This document shows positions 30,836-40,665 of a stretch of DNA of 64,000 bases, in pieces. Position 1 is the first letter of the stretch. Every line of letters starts with the position of its first letter. The stretch is taken from the NCBI RefSeq assembly GCF_041688325.1, contig NZ_JBDNIJ010000042.1, positions 4,003 through 68,002 on the forward strand. Reading direction: 5' to 3'. Made by a program: the position numbers and the translations under genes. The DNA comes from Ilumatobacter sp. (GTDB taxonomy: Bacteria > Actinomycetota > Acidimicrobiia > Acidimicrobiales > Ilumatobacteraceae). Below the pieces are notes generated by a model. That model was given only the letters and a program-made list of their open reading frames with translations, had not been told where the DNA came from and searched no databases.

Positions 30836-30882
30836 GGAGTGGTTGGGGAGACTGGTTGGGGGAGTGGTTGGGGGGAGTGGCG
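30835..30882 (+). repeat. G-run tandem array (about 13-nt period, GTGGTTGGGG-like units)
   Basis: GGGAGTGGTTGGGGAGACTGGTTGGGGGAGTGGTTGGGGGGAGTGGCG. Four or more G-runs lie just upstream of the smc start. Confidence 0.75.
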
Positions 30883-30900
30883 TGCTGACCAAGTAGCTTC

Positions 30901-33900
30901 GTGACCGCTGTGTACCTGAAGAATCTGACCATCAAGGGCTTTAAATCGTTCGCTGACAGCACGCCGATGGCGTTCGAGCCGGGCGTCACTGTCGTCGTGG
31001 GCCCCAACGGGTCTGGCAAGTCAAACGTTGTCGACGCCATTGCCTGGGTGCTGGGCGCCCAGTCGCCGAAGTCTGTCCGCTCTCAGAAGATGGACGATGT
31101 CATCTTTGCTGGCACTGCCAAGCGCCCTGCGCTGGGCCGCGCCGAGGTCAGCATCACCATCGACAACTCCGACGGCACGCTTGGCCTCGCCTTCACTGAG
31201 GTCACGGTGTCGCGCATCCTGTTCCGCACAGGCGAGTCCGAGTACATGATCAACGGCGTCAGCTGCCGCCTTCTCGACGTGCAGGAGTTGTTGAGTGATG
31301 CCGGTGTCGGCCGTCAGCAGCACGTCATCGTCAGCCAGGGCCAGATCGACGCGGTCCTCAACGCCCGCCCCGAAGACCGACGTGCGATCATCGAAGAAGC
31401 AGCGGGTGTCCTCAAGTTCCGCAAGCGCAAGGAGAAGGCGGAGCGTCGGCTCGATGCCACCGAAGCGAATCTCCTTCGGGTGCAAGATCTCTTGCGTGAA
31501 GTCCGTCGTCAGCTCCGGCCGCTCGAACGGCAGGCAAAAGCAGCCGAACGCCACGGCTCGCTGATCGAAGAACTCACCAAGCTGAAGACCTTCGTGTCAG
31601 GCCGAGAGATTGCTGGCCTGCGCACCAAGCTCGAGGCGTTGGCGATCATCAAGCTCGAAAGCTCCACAGCCGAAGGTGAATTGAAGGCGGCTCTCGCAGC
31701 GCTTGACACGTCGGTGATGGCGATCGAGGCACAGCTGTCAGCGCGCGGCGCCAGCGACATCAGCGACCGACTCGTGCATGTCGAGCAATTGCGTGAACGC
31801 GCCCGCGGGCTCGCTGCGGTGCTCGTCGAACGGCGTCGCTCACTCGAACGCGACAAAGGCCAGTTGCTCGACGCCGGTGTTGTCGCCAACCTCGAGGCCG
31901 ATGCTGCTCGTTTCCGTGACGAGATCGAGAAGGCCGCCGGCGAGCTCGGCCTGTTGGAGCCCGAGACGGGCCAGCTCGGTTTCGACGAGGAATCGTTCAA
32001 GTCCGAGCGCGAGAACATCATGGACGCGGTCCGTGCCGACCAGACCACCACGAAGGCTGCAAGCGCAGCAGCCGAGGTGCGCGGCGAACTCAAGTCGATT
32101 CGCTCGTCACTCGAACGCACCGAAGCCGAGCTGCGTCGCCTCGTCAGCCGCAAGACATCACTGAGCGAGCGCCTCCAGGCCTCACGGGAAGACACCGAAC
32201 GATTCCGCACCGACTGCGACGAAGCCGGAGCAATTGAAGCCCCGCTCGTTGGCGAAGTCGAAGTCGCCGAGCAGGCGCTCATCGAGGCGCAGTCGACCGT
32301 CGAAGCGCGCAAGTCGATTCGCAACGAGTTGGCCGAAGACGCATCGAAATGGTCGGCTCGCGTCGAAGCACTGCAGATGGCACTTGATGCGGCACGTGCC
32401 CGCGCCGGAGCCGAACGGCTGGCAGGTGTTGACGGCGTCCTCGGTACGTTGCTCGACCTCATCGAAATCGACGAAGGCTGGGAGCCAGTCGTCGAGGCAG
32501 CACTCGGTGAGTCGCTGACGGCCGTGGTGGTCGACGACCCGACAGCGGGTCGCCGCGCACTTGATGCGCTGCGCAGTAGCGACACGAGTGGCGCAGTCAT
32601 CGCCCTCGGTGCCCGCCCGGCCGCACTTCCCACGCCGAGCGTCGGCGATGCCGTCCGACCGCACACTCGGAGTCAGCGGCCGGGCGTGAACGACCTGCTC
32701 GACGGGCTCCTCGGCTCGGCAGTCCGTATCGATGACCTGTCCGATGCGCTCGACGCAGCAATGCAGCATCCTGAAGCAGTTGTCGTCACTGGTGGTGGCG
32801 ACCGTTTCGGCATCAGCGGTTGGCGAATCGGAACTGCCGGCAGTGGCGCTACGGCGTCGGCGCTCGAAGAGGCGACTGAGCGATCAACTGCGGCCACCGC
32901 TGAATTCGAAGCAGCGAAAGCAGCGGTCTCTGAAGCCGAGCAGGCGCTGCGCACCGTGCAGAACACGGAACGCGAGCTGGCGAAGAAGCTTGACTCCAAC
33001 GATGCTCGATTCAGCGCAGCGACGCAGGGGCTCGCACGTACCCAGGGTGAGCACCGAGAGATCCACGCTGAACGAGAAACGCTCGATCAGAACATCACCG
33101 ACGCTGAGACCAACATCACTCGTGAGCAGCGACGAGTCGTCGAGATTGAGGCGCTGCTTCCGGCACTCGAAAGCGACGAGCAGGCTGAGGCCGAGGCAGC
33201 ACGCGCCCGAGGCGAGCTCCGTGCCGAACTCGAAGCTCGAGCTGCCCTGCTTGCCTCGCGTCGCAAAGACATCGAAGTTCGTTACGCCGGGCTCCAGGAA
33301 CGCCATCAACTGAACGAGCGGCGCCTCGCCGAGACCGAGCGCCGCCTCGAGGCCGACAAGGACGCACGCATCGCGGCCGAAGGCCAACGGATGGTTATCG
33401 AGCGCCAGATCAACGTCATCGATCGGCTCACCGGGCTCGTCGATGCACATCGCCACGTCGTCGAAGGCCATCACGCTGAGCTGGCCGACCAGCGCCGAAA
33501 GCAGAGCGACGAAGTCCGCGGCTTGAGCTCCGAACTCGACACCCTGCGGCGTGAACGGGCCGACAAGGAAAAGTCGCTCGACGTCACCCGCGAGCGGGCT
33601 CGCAAGGCTGAGCTCGAAGAGGCCGAAGCCAAACTCCGCCTCGAAACTGCGATCGAAACGTTGCGCCGGGACCTGGACATCGAGCCTGCTGTCGCCGAAG
33701 CCGCTGAAATGCCAGAAGTGCCCGACGGAGCAACACCGGCCGGGCGTGTCCGCGAACTCGAGCGAGAACTGAGATTGCTCGGCCCGATCAACCCGTTGGC
33801 ACTTGAAGAGTTCAACGAACTGCAGACTCGCCACACGTTCCTCGAAGAACAACTGGAAGACGTCCGGACGACTCGCCGGGAACTCTCCCGTGTGATCGCT

Positions 33901-34392
33901 GCGGTCGACGCCGAGATTCAGAACGTGTTCGCCACGGCCTTCGAGGATGTGGCGAAGAACTTCACCGAGTTGTTCGCGCTCCTCTTCCCGGGCGGCAAGG
34001 GCAACCTCATGCTCACGCAGCCCGACGACATGCTCAACACCGGCATCGAAGTCGAAGCGAAGCCGAGCGGCAAGAACGTCAAAAAGCTCTCGCTACTGTC
34101 GGGCGGCGAACGGTCGCTGACGGCGCTGGCCTACCTTTTTGCCGTCTTCCGTTCACGTCCGTCGCCGTTCTACGTGATGGACGAAGTCGAGGCTGCCCTC
34201 GACGATGTGAACCTGCACCGGTTCCTTGGCCTCATTCAGGAGTTCCGCAAGGACGCCCAGCTCATCGTTGTCTCGCACCAGAAGCGCACGATGGAAGCGG
34301 GCGACGTGCTCCTCGGCGTCAGCATGCAACCCGGCGGGTCATCCAAAGTCGTCACCGAACGAGCGTCTGATGCGGGCCAACTCGCCCAATAG
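30901..34392 (+). CDS. smc: chromosome segregation protein SMC
   Basis: 1163 aa. Walker A GPNGSGKSN, long coiled coils with a central hinge, signature LSGGE, Walker B FYVMDEVEAALD. Confidence 0.97.
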   Translation: MTAVYLKNLTIKGFKSFADSTPMAFEPGVTVVVGPNGSGKSNVVDAIAWVLGAQSPKSVRSQKMDDVIFAGTAKRPALGRAEVSITIDNSDGTLGLAFTEVTVSRILFRTGESEYMINGVSCRLLDVQELLSDAGVGRQQHVIVSQGQIDAVLNARPEDRRAIIEEAAGVLKFRKRKEKAERRLDATEANLLRVQDLLREVRRQLRPLERQAKAAERHGSLIEELTKLKTFVSGREIAGLRTKLEALAIIKLESSTAEGELKAALAALDTSVMAIEAQLSARGASDISDRLVHVEQLRERARGLAAVLVERRRSLERDKGQLLDAGVVANLEADAARFRDEIEKAAGELGLLEPETGQLGFDEESFKSERENIMDAVRADQTTTKAASAAAEVRGELKSIRSSLERTEAELRRLVSRKTSLSERLQASREDTERFRTDCDEAGAIEAPLVGEVEVAEQALIEAQSTVEARKSIRNELAEDASKWSARVEALQMALDAARARAGAERLAGVDGVLGTLLDLIEIDEGWEPVVEAALGESLTAVVVDDPTAGRRALDALRSSDTSGAVIALGARPAALPTPSVGDAVRPHTRSQRPGVNDLLDGLLGSAVRIDDLSDALDAAMQHPEAVVVTGGGDRFGISGWRIGTAGSGATASALEEATERSTAATAEFEAAKAAVSEAEQALRTVQNTERELAKKLDSNDARFSAATQGLARTQGEHREIHAERETLDQNITDAETNITREQRRVVEIEALLPALESDEQAEAEAARARGELRAELEARAALLASRRKDIEVRYAGLQERHQLNERRLAETERRLEADKDARIAAEGQRMVIERQINVIDRLTGLVDAHRHVVEGHHAELADQRRKQSDEVRGLSSELDTLRRERADKEKSLDVTRERARKAELEEAEAKLRLETAIETLRRDLDIEPAVAEAAEMPEVPDGATPAGRVRELERELRLLGPINPLALEEFNELQTRHTFLEEQLEDVRTTRRELSRVIAAVDAEIQNVFATAFEDVAKNFTELFALLFPGGKGNLMLTQPDDMLNTGIEVEAKPSGKNVKKLSLLSGGERSLTALAYLFAVFRSRPSPFYVMDEVEAALDDVNLHRFLGLIQEFRKDAQLIVVSHQKRTMEAGDVLLGVSMQPGGSSKVVTERASDAGQLAQ

Positions 34393-34542
34393 CTGCGTTG
34401 CGTGGACTCCTCATTGAGCAAGCTCAACTACGTCGTCACGCGCCTTGCTCTTGAACGACCTGGTCCCGCCTCAGAACTGAGGGGTTTTCCTGGCTGGACT
34501 CACTCACCGACCCATCGACGCGACAGATAGCGTCGGCGGTGC

Positions 34543-35673
34543 ATGGGTATCGAGTTCTTTTTCCTGATCCTGGCGGTCTTCGTTGTTGCGTTTGGCATCG
34601 GCGTCGTCCTCCTCAATCGTCGCAAGTCCGTTGGCCAACCCGCGTCCGGCCAGCCGACACAAGTCAGGCCACCGGTTGCGGCGCCGGAGAACGACACGCT
34701 CGTTGCCGAGGCCGAGATCGACTCGGTCGTCGAAGAACTACCCGCAGTCGAAGAAGACCCGCCCGCGGGAACGCTCCGCGAGCGCCTGGCGAAGGCCCGC
34801 TCCACGTTCGCTGGCGCAATCGCCGGTGTGCTCGGCCGTTCGGCAATCACCGACGAGTCGTTTGATGACCTCGAAGAGGCGCTCTTGCGTGCCGACGTCG
34901 GCGTGGCAATCGCCGAGGAACTCCTCAGTGGCCTGCGCGTCAAAGTCGCGAACAAAGAGATCACCGAGCCGTCCGACCTCCTCGACGCGCTTCAAGCGGA
35001 GATGACGGAGCGGCTGGCCGGTTCTGACCGGTCCCTCAACTTTGAACAATTCGAACCGGGGAACCCCAACGTGTGGATGTTCGTCGGCGTCAACGGCGTC
35101 GGCAAGACCACCACCATTGGCAAGCTTGCCAAGCAGCAGGTGGATTCTGGGCGTTCCGTGCTGCTTGCCGCCGGCGACACGTTCCGTGCGGCTGCAGCCG
35201 AGCAGCTCACTGCCTGGGCGGAGCGCTCCGATGTCGACATCGTGCGCGGTGCCGAAGGCGCCGATCCCAGCTCGGTCATTTTCGACGGTGTTGAAAAGGC
35301 CGCTGCGAACAAGGTCGAACTCGTCATGGCCGACACGGCCGGTCGGCTGCACACCAAGAGCAACCTGATGGATGAACTCGGCAAGGTCCGCCGTGTCGCT
35401 GAGAAGGGTGCTGGCACAGTCACCGAGACGCTGCTGGTTATCGACGCCACTACCGGCCAGAATGGCCTCACGCAGGCACGCGAGTTCGGTGCGGTCACCA
35501 ACGTCACCGGCGTGGTGCTCACCAAGCTCGACGGCTCGGCCAAGGGTGGCATCGTGTTCGCCATCGAGACCGAACTCGGTATCCCCGTCAAGCTCGTCGG
35601 CATCGGTGAGACGATCGGCGACCTGATCGACTTCGACCCTGAAGAGTTCGTCTCGGCCCTGTTCGAACGCTGA
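34543..35673 (+). CDS. ftsY: signal recognition particle receptor FtsY
   Basis: NG domain with GVNGVGKTTT and DTAGR. N-terminal hydrophobic helix MGIEFFFLILAVFVVAFGIGVVLL. Confidence 0.95.
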   Translation: MGIEFFFLILAVFVVAFGIGVVLLNRRKSVGQPASGQPTQVRPPVAAPENDTLVAEAEIDSVVEELPAVEEDPPAGTLRERLAKARSTFAGAIAGVLGRSAITDESFDDLEEALLRADVGVAIAEELLSGLRVKVANKEITEPSDLLDALQAEMTERLAGSDRSLNFEQFEPGNPNVWMFVGVNGVGKTTTIGKLAKQQVDSGRSVLLAAGDTFRAAAAEQLTAWAERSDVDIVRGAEGADPSSVIFDGVEKAAANKVELVMADTAGRLHTKSNLMDELGKVRRVAEKGAGTVTETLLVIDATTGQNGLTQAREFGAVTNVTGVVLTKLDGSAKGGIVFAIETELGIPVKLVGIGETIGDLIDFDPEEFVSALFER

Positions 35674-35716
35674 AGCTCCTGGTCGGGGAACCGGCTGCCC
35701 GATAACGTGTCCGGCG

Positions 35717-37156
35717 ATGTTCGACAATCTCTCCAACCGCCTCGAAGGCATCATCACGAAGGTCCGGGGCAAGGGCCGTCTCACTGAATCAGACGTTGAT
35801 GAGGTGATGAAGGAGATCCGCACGGCGCTCCTCGAAGCCGACGTCAACCTGACGGTCGTCCGCTCGATCTGCAACCGTATTCGTGAACACGCGATCGGAG
35901 CCACGCGTTCAACGGCTCTCGACCCCGGCCAGCAGGTGGTCAAGGCAGTCAACGATGAGCTGACCCGGGCGCTCGGTGGTCAAACACTCGCCATCACATA
36001 CGCCTCCAAGCCGCCGACCGTCGTCTTGATGGCCGGTTTGCAGGGCTCTGGCAAGACCACAAACTCGGCCAAGCTCGCCGCATGGTTTAAGGCACAGGGA
36101 CGCAACCCGATGATGATCGGTGCTGACCTCCAGCGCCCTGCAGCCGTTGAACAGCTCCGCACGCTCGGCCGTCAGATCGACGTGCCGGTGTTCTCTGACC
36201 CGGAGGATCCGATCCTCACGGCAACGAAAGGCCTCGAAGAGGCCAAACGCCTTGGTCGCGACGTCGTCATTGTCGACACCGCTGGCCGACTGTCGATCGA
36301 CACCGAAATGATGGAGCAGGTTCGCCTCATCTCCGGCGCGGTTCAACCTGACTACACGTTCCTGGTCATCGATGCGATGACCGGCCAGGATGCGGTTCAG
36401 ACCGCAGAGGCGTTCCACAACACGCTCCAAATTGACGGCGTCATCATGTCGAAGATGGACGGTGACGCCCGCGGCGGCGCTGCGCTGTCGGTCAAGGAAG
36501 TCATTGGCCGGCCGATCGCCTTCGCCTCGACGGGGGAGAAGCTCGATCAGTTCGAACAGTTCCATCCCGACCGGATGGCGAGTCGGATCCTTGGCATGGG
36601 TGACATGCTCACGCTCATTGAGCAGGCCGAGAAGGCATTCACCGAAGATCAGGCCGAGGCCGCAGCGACGAAGTTGATGGAGGGGCAGTTCACCCTCGAC
36701 GACTTCCTCGAGCAGATGCAGGCGCTGAAGAAGATGGGCTCGCTTGGCGGGTTGATGAGCATGATGCCCGGTATTCCGAAAGAGCTGAAGAACGCCAAGA
36801 TCGATGACAACGATCTCAAGCCGATCGAAGCCATCATCACGTCGATGACGATCGAAGAACGCACCTTCCCGTCGATCATCCAGGGGACCCGTCGTGCTCG
36901 CATCGCTGCCGGCTCGGGGACGACCGTGGCCGATGTCAACCGGCTGGTGAAGCAGTTCGGTGAGATGCAGAAGATGATGAAGAAGATGGGCATGGCTGGC
37001 AAACCCGGCAAGGGGAAGAAGGGTAAGAAGGGCAAGGGCGGTCAGAAGATGCCCAAGGGTCTGCCCCTCGGTTTCGATCCGGCAGCGGCTGGCTTCAATA
37101 TCCCCGGCGTCCCTGGGACTCCTGGGATGCCCGGTATTCCCAACTTTCCACGCTGA
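35717..37156 (+). CDS. ffh: signal recognition particle protein Ffh
   Basis: GLQGSGKTT and DTAGR, Met-rich M domain, Lys/Gly-rich tail. Confidence 0.97.
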   Translation: MFDNLSNRLEGIITKVRGKGRLTESDVDEVMKEIRTALLEADVNLTVVRSICNRIREHAIGATRSTALDPGQQVVKAVNDELTRALGGQTLAITYASKPPTVVLMAGLQGSGKTTNSAKLAAWFKAQGRNPMMIGADLQRPAAVEQLRTLGRQIDVPVFSDPEDPILTATKGLEEAKRLGRDVVIVDTAGRLSIDTEMMEQVRLISGAVQPDYTFLVIDAMTGQDAVQTAEAFHNTLQIDGVIMSKMDGDARGGAALSVKEVIGRPIAFASTGEKLDQFEQFHPDRMASRILGMGDMLTLIEQAEKAFTEDQAEAAATKLMEGQFTLDDFLEQMQALKKMGSLGGLMSMMPGIPKELKNAKIDDNDLKPIEAIITSMTIEERTFPSIIQGTRRARIAAGSGTTVADVNRLVKQFGEMQKMMKKMGMAGKPGKGKKGKKGKGGQKMPKGLPLGFDPAAAGFNIPGVPGTPGMPGIPNFPR

Positions 37157-37273
37157 CTCCGTCGGGCCAGCTGTGGGATGTGATCCTTGTCCCGCGTGGG
37201 AAGGCGGCCTGGCGCCGTTAGTCTTTCGGCGTTCTCAATTTCTCGAACACGTACTCTGGAGTGACGATTAAAG

Positions 37274-37546
37274 ATGGCAGTCAAGCTGCGGCTCACACGT
37301 ATTGGCAAGAAGAAGCAACCGCAGTACCGCATTGTGGCGGCTGACTCCCGTTCGCCTCGCGACGGTCGGTTCATCGAGATCCTGGGTCACTACGACCCGC
37401 GGCAGGATCCGTCCGGCCTCACGCTCGACAACGACAAGGCTGTTGCCTGGCTCAAGGAAGGCGCACAGCCGACCGAGCGCGTTGCCAAGCTCCTCAAGGT
37501 CTCTGGCGCCACCGAGCAGTTCGAGGCCGAGAAGGCCGCCAAGTGA
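37274..37546 (+). CDS. rpsP: 30S ribosomal protein S16
   Basis: MAVKLRLTRIGKKKQPQYRIVAADSRSPRDGRFIE. Confidence 0.97.
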   Translation: MAVKLRLTRIGKKKQPQYRIVAADSRSPRDGRFIEILGHYDPRQDPSGLTLDNDKAVAWLKEGAQPTERVAKLLKVSGATEQFEAEKAAK

Positions 37547-37794
37547 GCGATCTCGCTCCTACCGCTGTCGCAGTTCTCAAGCACATCGTCCGCTCAATCG
37601 TCGACGACCCCGACGCCGTCACCGTTGAGGTTGACGAGTCGGGCAGTCGCCCCGCACTGAACGTGCGCGTCGGCGACGGCGACCTCGGTCGCGTCATTGG
37701 CCGCCGCGGCCGCACCGCTGCCAGCATTCGCACCGTCACTCGTGCAGCTGCCAGCAAAGACGATGTCGAACTCGACATCGAATTCCTCGACTGA
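37543..37794 (+). CDS. KH domain RNA-binding protein (YlqC/UPF0109)
   Basis: 83 aa. GRVIGRRGRTAASIRTV is the KH GxxG loop. GTGA overlap with the rpsP stop. Confidence 0.85.
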   Translation: MSDLAPTAVAVLKHIVRSIVDDPDAVTVEVDESGSRPALNVRVGDGDLGRVIGRRGRTAASIRTVTRAAASKDDVELDIEFLD

Positions 37795-37811
37795 GCAGGC
37801 TGGAGGCCGCA

Positions 37812-38309
37812 ATGGCCCGTTCCACCCCCATCCCTGACGGCTTTCTCGAAGTCGGACACGTTCGTCGCGCCCATGGGCTGCGCGGCGATGTCTTCGTGCA
37901 GCTTGTCACCGACCGTTCCGAACGACTTGACGTCGGCTCCACGCTGGCAACAGCGAAGGGCGATCTCGTGGTCGGCGCAAGCAAGCTGCTCCCGAACCGC
38001 CGTTGGGTCGTGAAGTTTGATCAGATCTCTGACCGCACGGCTGCGGAGACCTGGAGCAACGTGGCGTTACACGCCGCACCGATCTCCGACGCAGATGCGC
38101 TCTGGTTCCACGATCTGATTGGCTCCAAAGTCGTCGAAGTCGACGGCACCGAGCACGGTACGTGCTCGAACGTTCTGACCAATCCGGCATCGGACATCTT
38201 GGAACTCGACACGGGCCATCTCGTCCCGTCCACGTTCATTGTCAGCCGCATCGACGGTGTGGTCACGGTCGACACTCCCGATGGGCTCTTCGACCTCCTG
38301 GACAAGTGA
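37812..38309 (+). CDS. rimM: 16S rRNA processing protein RimM
   Basis: 165 aa. [16 protein letters not shown]-terminus, in the rpsP-rimM-trmD-rplS order. Confidence 0.9.
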   Translation: MARSTPIPDGFLEVGHVRRAHGLRGDVFVQLVTDRSERLDVGSTLATAKGDLVVGASKLLPNRRWVVKFDQISDRTAAETWSNVALHAAPISDADALWFHDLIGSKVVEVDGTEHGTCSNVLTNPASDILELDTGHLVPSTFIVSRIDGVVTVDTPDGLFDLLDK

Positions 38310-39058
38310 TGTCTGCGCTCCGGATCGACGTCTTCTCGCTGTTCCCGAAGCTCATCGACGACTTCTGCGCCGAGAGCTTGCTTGGCAAAGCGCAAGAGCG
38401 GAACGTGCTTGATCTGCGGACCCACGATATTCGTGAGCAGACCAGCGATGTGCACGGCACGGTCGATGACAGCCCCTTCGGCGGTGGCGCCGGCATGGTA
38501 ATGAAAGCCGAACCGATTTTCGACGCTGTCGAAGCTGCTGCACCGCCTCGTCCGCTGTTCTTGATGAGCCCTGGCGGCCGCCGGTTCGATCAGGCGATGG
38601 CCTTCGAACTCGCCGAACTTGCTGAGACCTCGGGTGGGTTTAGCCTGCTCTGTGGCCGGTATGAGGGCGTCGACCATCGTGTCCGGCAGCATCTCTGCGA
38701 CGGCGAGGTGAGCGTCGGCGACGTCGTTCTCAGCGGGGGAGAAGTCGCTGCGTGTCTCATCATCGAGGCGGTCACGCGGCTGCGTGACGGAGCGATGGGC
38801 AACGCCGCGAGCCCGATCACTGAGAGCTTCGGTGAGTCGGGATTACTCGAAGAACCCCAGTTCACCCGGCCTGCGGAGTTTCGTGACTGGAGTGTCCCTG
38901 ACATCTTGCGCAGTGGGAATCACGGCAAGATCGAACAGTGGCGCCGGGCACAGCGGCTCCACCGGACACTGCGCGACCGCCCTGACCTGGTGGAAGCTGA
39001 ACTGTCGGCTGCCGACCAGAAATTGTTGGACACGTTCCCACCTGTCCCATATTCCTGA
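38309..39058 (+). CDS. trmD: tRNA (guanine37-N1)-methyltransferase
   Basis: [45 protein letters not shown] overlap with the rimM stop. Confidence 0.95.
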   Translation: MSALRIDVFSLFPKLIDDFCAESLLGKAQERNVLDLRTHDIREQTSDVHGTVDDSPFGGGAGMVMKAEPIFDAVEAAAPPRPLFLMSPGGRRFDQAMAFELAELAETSGGFSLLCGRYEGVDHRVRQHLCDGEVSVGDVVLSGGEVAACLIIEAVTRLRDGAMGNAASPITESFGESGLLEEPQFTRPAEFRDWSVPDILRSGNHGKIEQWRRAQRLHRTLRDRPDLVEAELSAADQKLLDTFPPVPYS

Positions 39059-39082
39059 TTCGCCCGTATCATCTACTGGCCC

Positions 39083-39106
39083 TGACAGCGCGGGTCCGCG
39101 CTGTCA
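39083..39106 (+). terminator. hairpin between trmD and rplS (possible attenuator or terminator)
   Basis: TGACAGCGCGG-GT-CCGCGCTGTCA, 11-bp arms, no U-tract. Confidence 0.35.
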
Positions 39107-39142
39107 TCACACTCTCGACTCGATTCACTTGGACGTAACGCC

Positions 39143-39490
39143 ATGAAAGCCACCGACATCATCGACAACGATTCGCTCCGGACTGACATTCCAGAGTTCC
39201 AGGCAGGCGACGAGCTGAAGGTCCACGTGCGCGTGGTCGAGGGCGGCAAAGAGCGCATCCAGGTCTTCCAGGGTGACGTCATCGCCATTCAAGGCGGCGG
39301 CCTGCAGGAGACCTACACGGTCCGCAAGCTCAGCTACGGCGTCGGAGTCGAACGCACCTTCCCGATGCATACTCCGACCGTCTCGAAGATCGAAGTCATG
39401 AAGCGCGGCGACGTGCGTCGTGCGAAGCTCTACTACCTCCGGGATCGCAAGGGCAAGGCTGCCAAGATCCGCGAGAAGCGCACCTTCTGA
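39143..39490 (+). CDS. rplS: 50S ribosomal protein L19
   Basis: 115 aa. [30 protein letters not shown]. Confidence 0.97.
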   Translation: MKATDIIDNDSLRTDIPEFQAGDELKVHVRVVEGGKERIQVFQGDVIAIQGGGLQETYTVRKLSYGVGVERTFPMHTPTVSKIEVMKRGDVRRAKLYYLRDRKGKAAKIREKRTF

Positions 39491-39597
39491 TGCGCTGGCC
39501 GGCGTTGTGTCGGCCACCAATCGAACGGTCGCATTAAGCGATCGTTCCCCTCGGGCTGATTGCCCCAGCAAGTACCTACTGCTGGAGGAACGCGCCC

Positions 39598-39969
39598 ATG
39601 GGCACACCCGAAAGATCACACGAACCCGATCTGCGTAACCGCGCCCGAGGCCAGTGGGGTGAGAACCTTGCCGCTCGCCACTACGAACGGCTCGGATGTC
39701 CGGTGATCGATCGCAACTGGCGATCATCGACCGGCGAACTCGACCTCATCGTGCTCGACGGCGATGTGCACGTTTTCTGTGAGGTGAAGACCCGCGCGTC
39801 CGACCTATACGGGCCTGCTGCCGCTGCAGTGACGGTGGCGAAACAGCGTCGTATTCGCCAGCTCGGCGTCGAGTGGCTGCGAGCCCATGATCTCGGCCAT
39901 ATGCCTGTCCGTTTCGACGTCGCTGCAGTCACCGGCAACCACGTCGAACTGATCACGAACGCCTTCTGA
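39598..39969 (+). CDS. yraN: YraN family endonuclease (UPF0102)
   Basis: GENLAARHYERLGCPVIDRNWRSSTGELDLIVLDGDVHVFCEVKTR. Confidence 0.85.
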   Translation: MGTPERSHEPDLRNRARGQWGENLAARHYERLGCPVIDRNWRSSTGELDLIVLDGDVHVFCEVKTRASDLYGPAAAAVTVAKQRRIRQLGVEWLRAHDLGHMPVRFDVAAVTGNHVELITNAF

Positions 39970-40250
39970 TGGCCGACCTTGTGGCTGCAGCTCCCGAGGT
40001 ATACCGTGGGTATATGGATTCCACGACGATCAAGGTGAGCGTCGCGACCCGTGACCGAATTAGGTCGTTCGGCGGGGCGACGCACGAGGAGACGATCATC
40101 GAGGCACTCGATTTGCTCGACGCCCGAGAGTTTTGGGCTGAAGCGGACGTTGCGGCGGCGTTCGTGAAGACGTTGCCTGCCGAGGAGCAGGCGCGAAGAA
40201 AAGCTGAGATGGACGAACTCGATGCAGCGTTCGACGCCCTCGATGGCTGA
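39969..40250 (+). CDS. putative type II antitoxin (RHH-like)
   Basis: 93-aa acidic protein. TIKVSVATRDRIR looks like a ribbon-helix-helix strand. Overlaps the downstream toxin-like ORF by 8 nt. ATG 40014 is an alternative start. Confidence 0.45.
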   Translation: MADLVAAAPEVYRGYMDSTTIKVSVATRDRIRSFGGATHEETIIEALDLLDAREFWAEADVAAAFVKTLPAEEQARRKAEMDELDAAFDALDG

Positions 40251-40536
40251 TGCCGGCGACATCCACCTCGCCGACGTCGGTGGAGGCTTGCGGCGTCGGG
40301 TGCTGGTGGTGAGCACTGGCCGATTCCATCGTGCGGCCGAGCGAGCTCTCGTCGCTCCAGCGGTGACCGTGCCAGCGGACGAACCTCAGCCGCCATGGCG
40401 AATTGCTGTCGGGGCCGACATCTTCGCTCTCGATGCGCTCCGCGCCGTCGATCTCGGCCAGTTGCTCGAACCAGTCGGTCACGCAGATCGCGATGCCTGT
40501 GAGCGCGTTCGGCGAGCGCTTCGGGCAATCACCTGA
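40243..40536 (+). CDS. putative PemK/MazF family toxin
   Basis: 97 aa from ATG 40243. GDIHLADVGGGLRRRVLVVS...ALVAPAVT...LRAVDLGQLLEPVG follows the MazF pattern (GDIxxxDL...RPxLVVS...VxPxT...IRxxD). Confidence 0.5.
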   Translation: MADAGDIHLADVGGGLRRRVLVVSTGRFHRAAERALVAPAVTVPADEPQPPWRIAVGADIFALDALRAVDLGQLLEPVGHADRDACERVRRALRAIT

Positions 40537-40554
40537 TCTGAGCGCTCGGGTCGA

Positions 40555-40665
40555 TCAGCCGAAGAATGCCCAACCGAGCAGGCCCAGAGCCGCAGCGAGG
40601 CACACGGCAACGAGGGCGTAGTCGAACGGCTTTGCGTTGTACGGGCGGTTCGGGTCGAATCCCAC
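40555..40665 (-). CDS. possible 36-aa single-pass membrane peptide (below the ORF-track cutoff)
   Basis: Own translation: (V)GFDPNRPYNAKPFDYALVAVCLAAALGLLGWAFFG, then stop. GTG start at 40665 is preceded by GGAG at 2-nt spacing. Confidence 0.3.
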   Translation of the reverse strand: MGFDPNRPYNAKPFDYALVAVCLAAALGLLGWAFFG

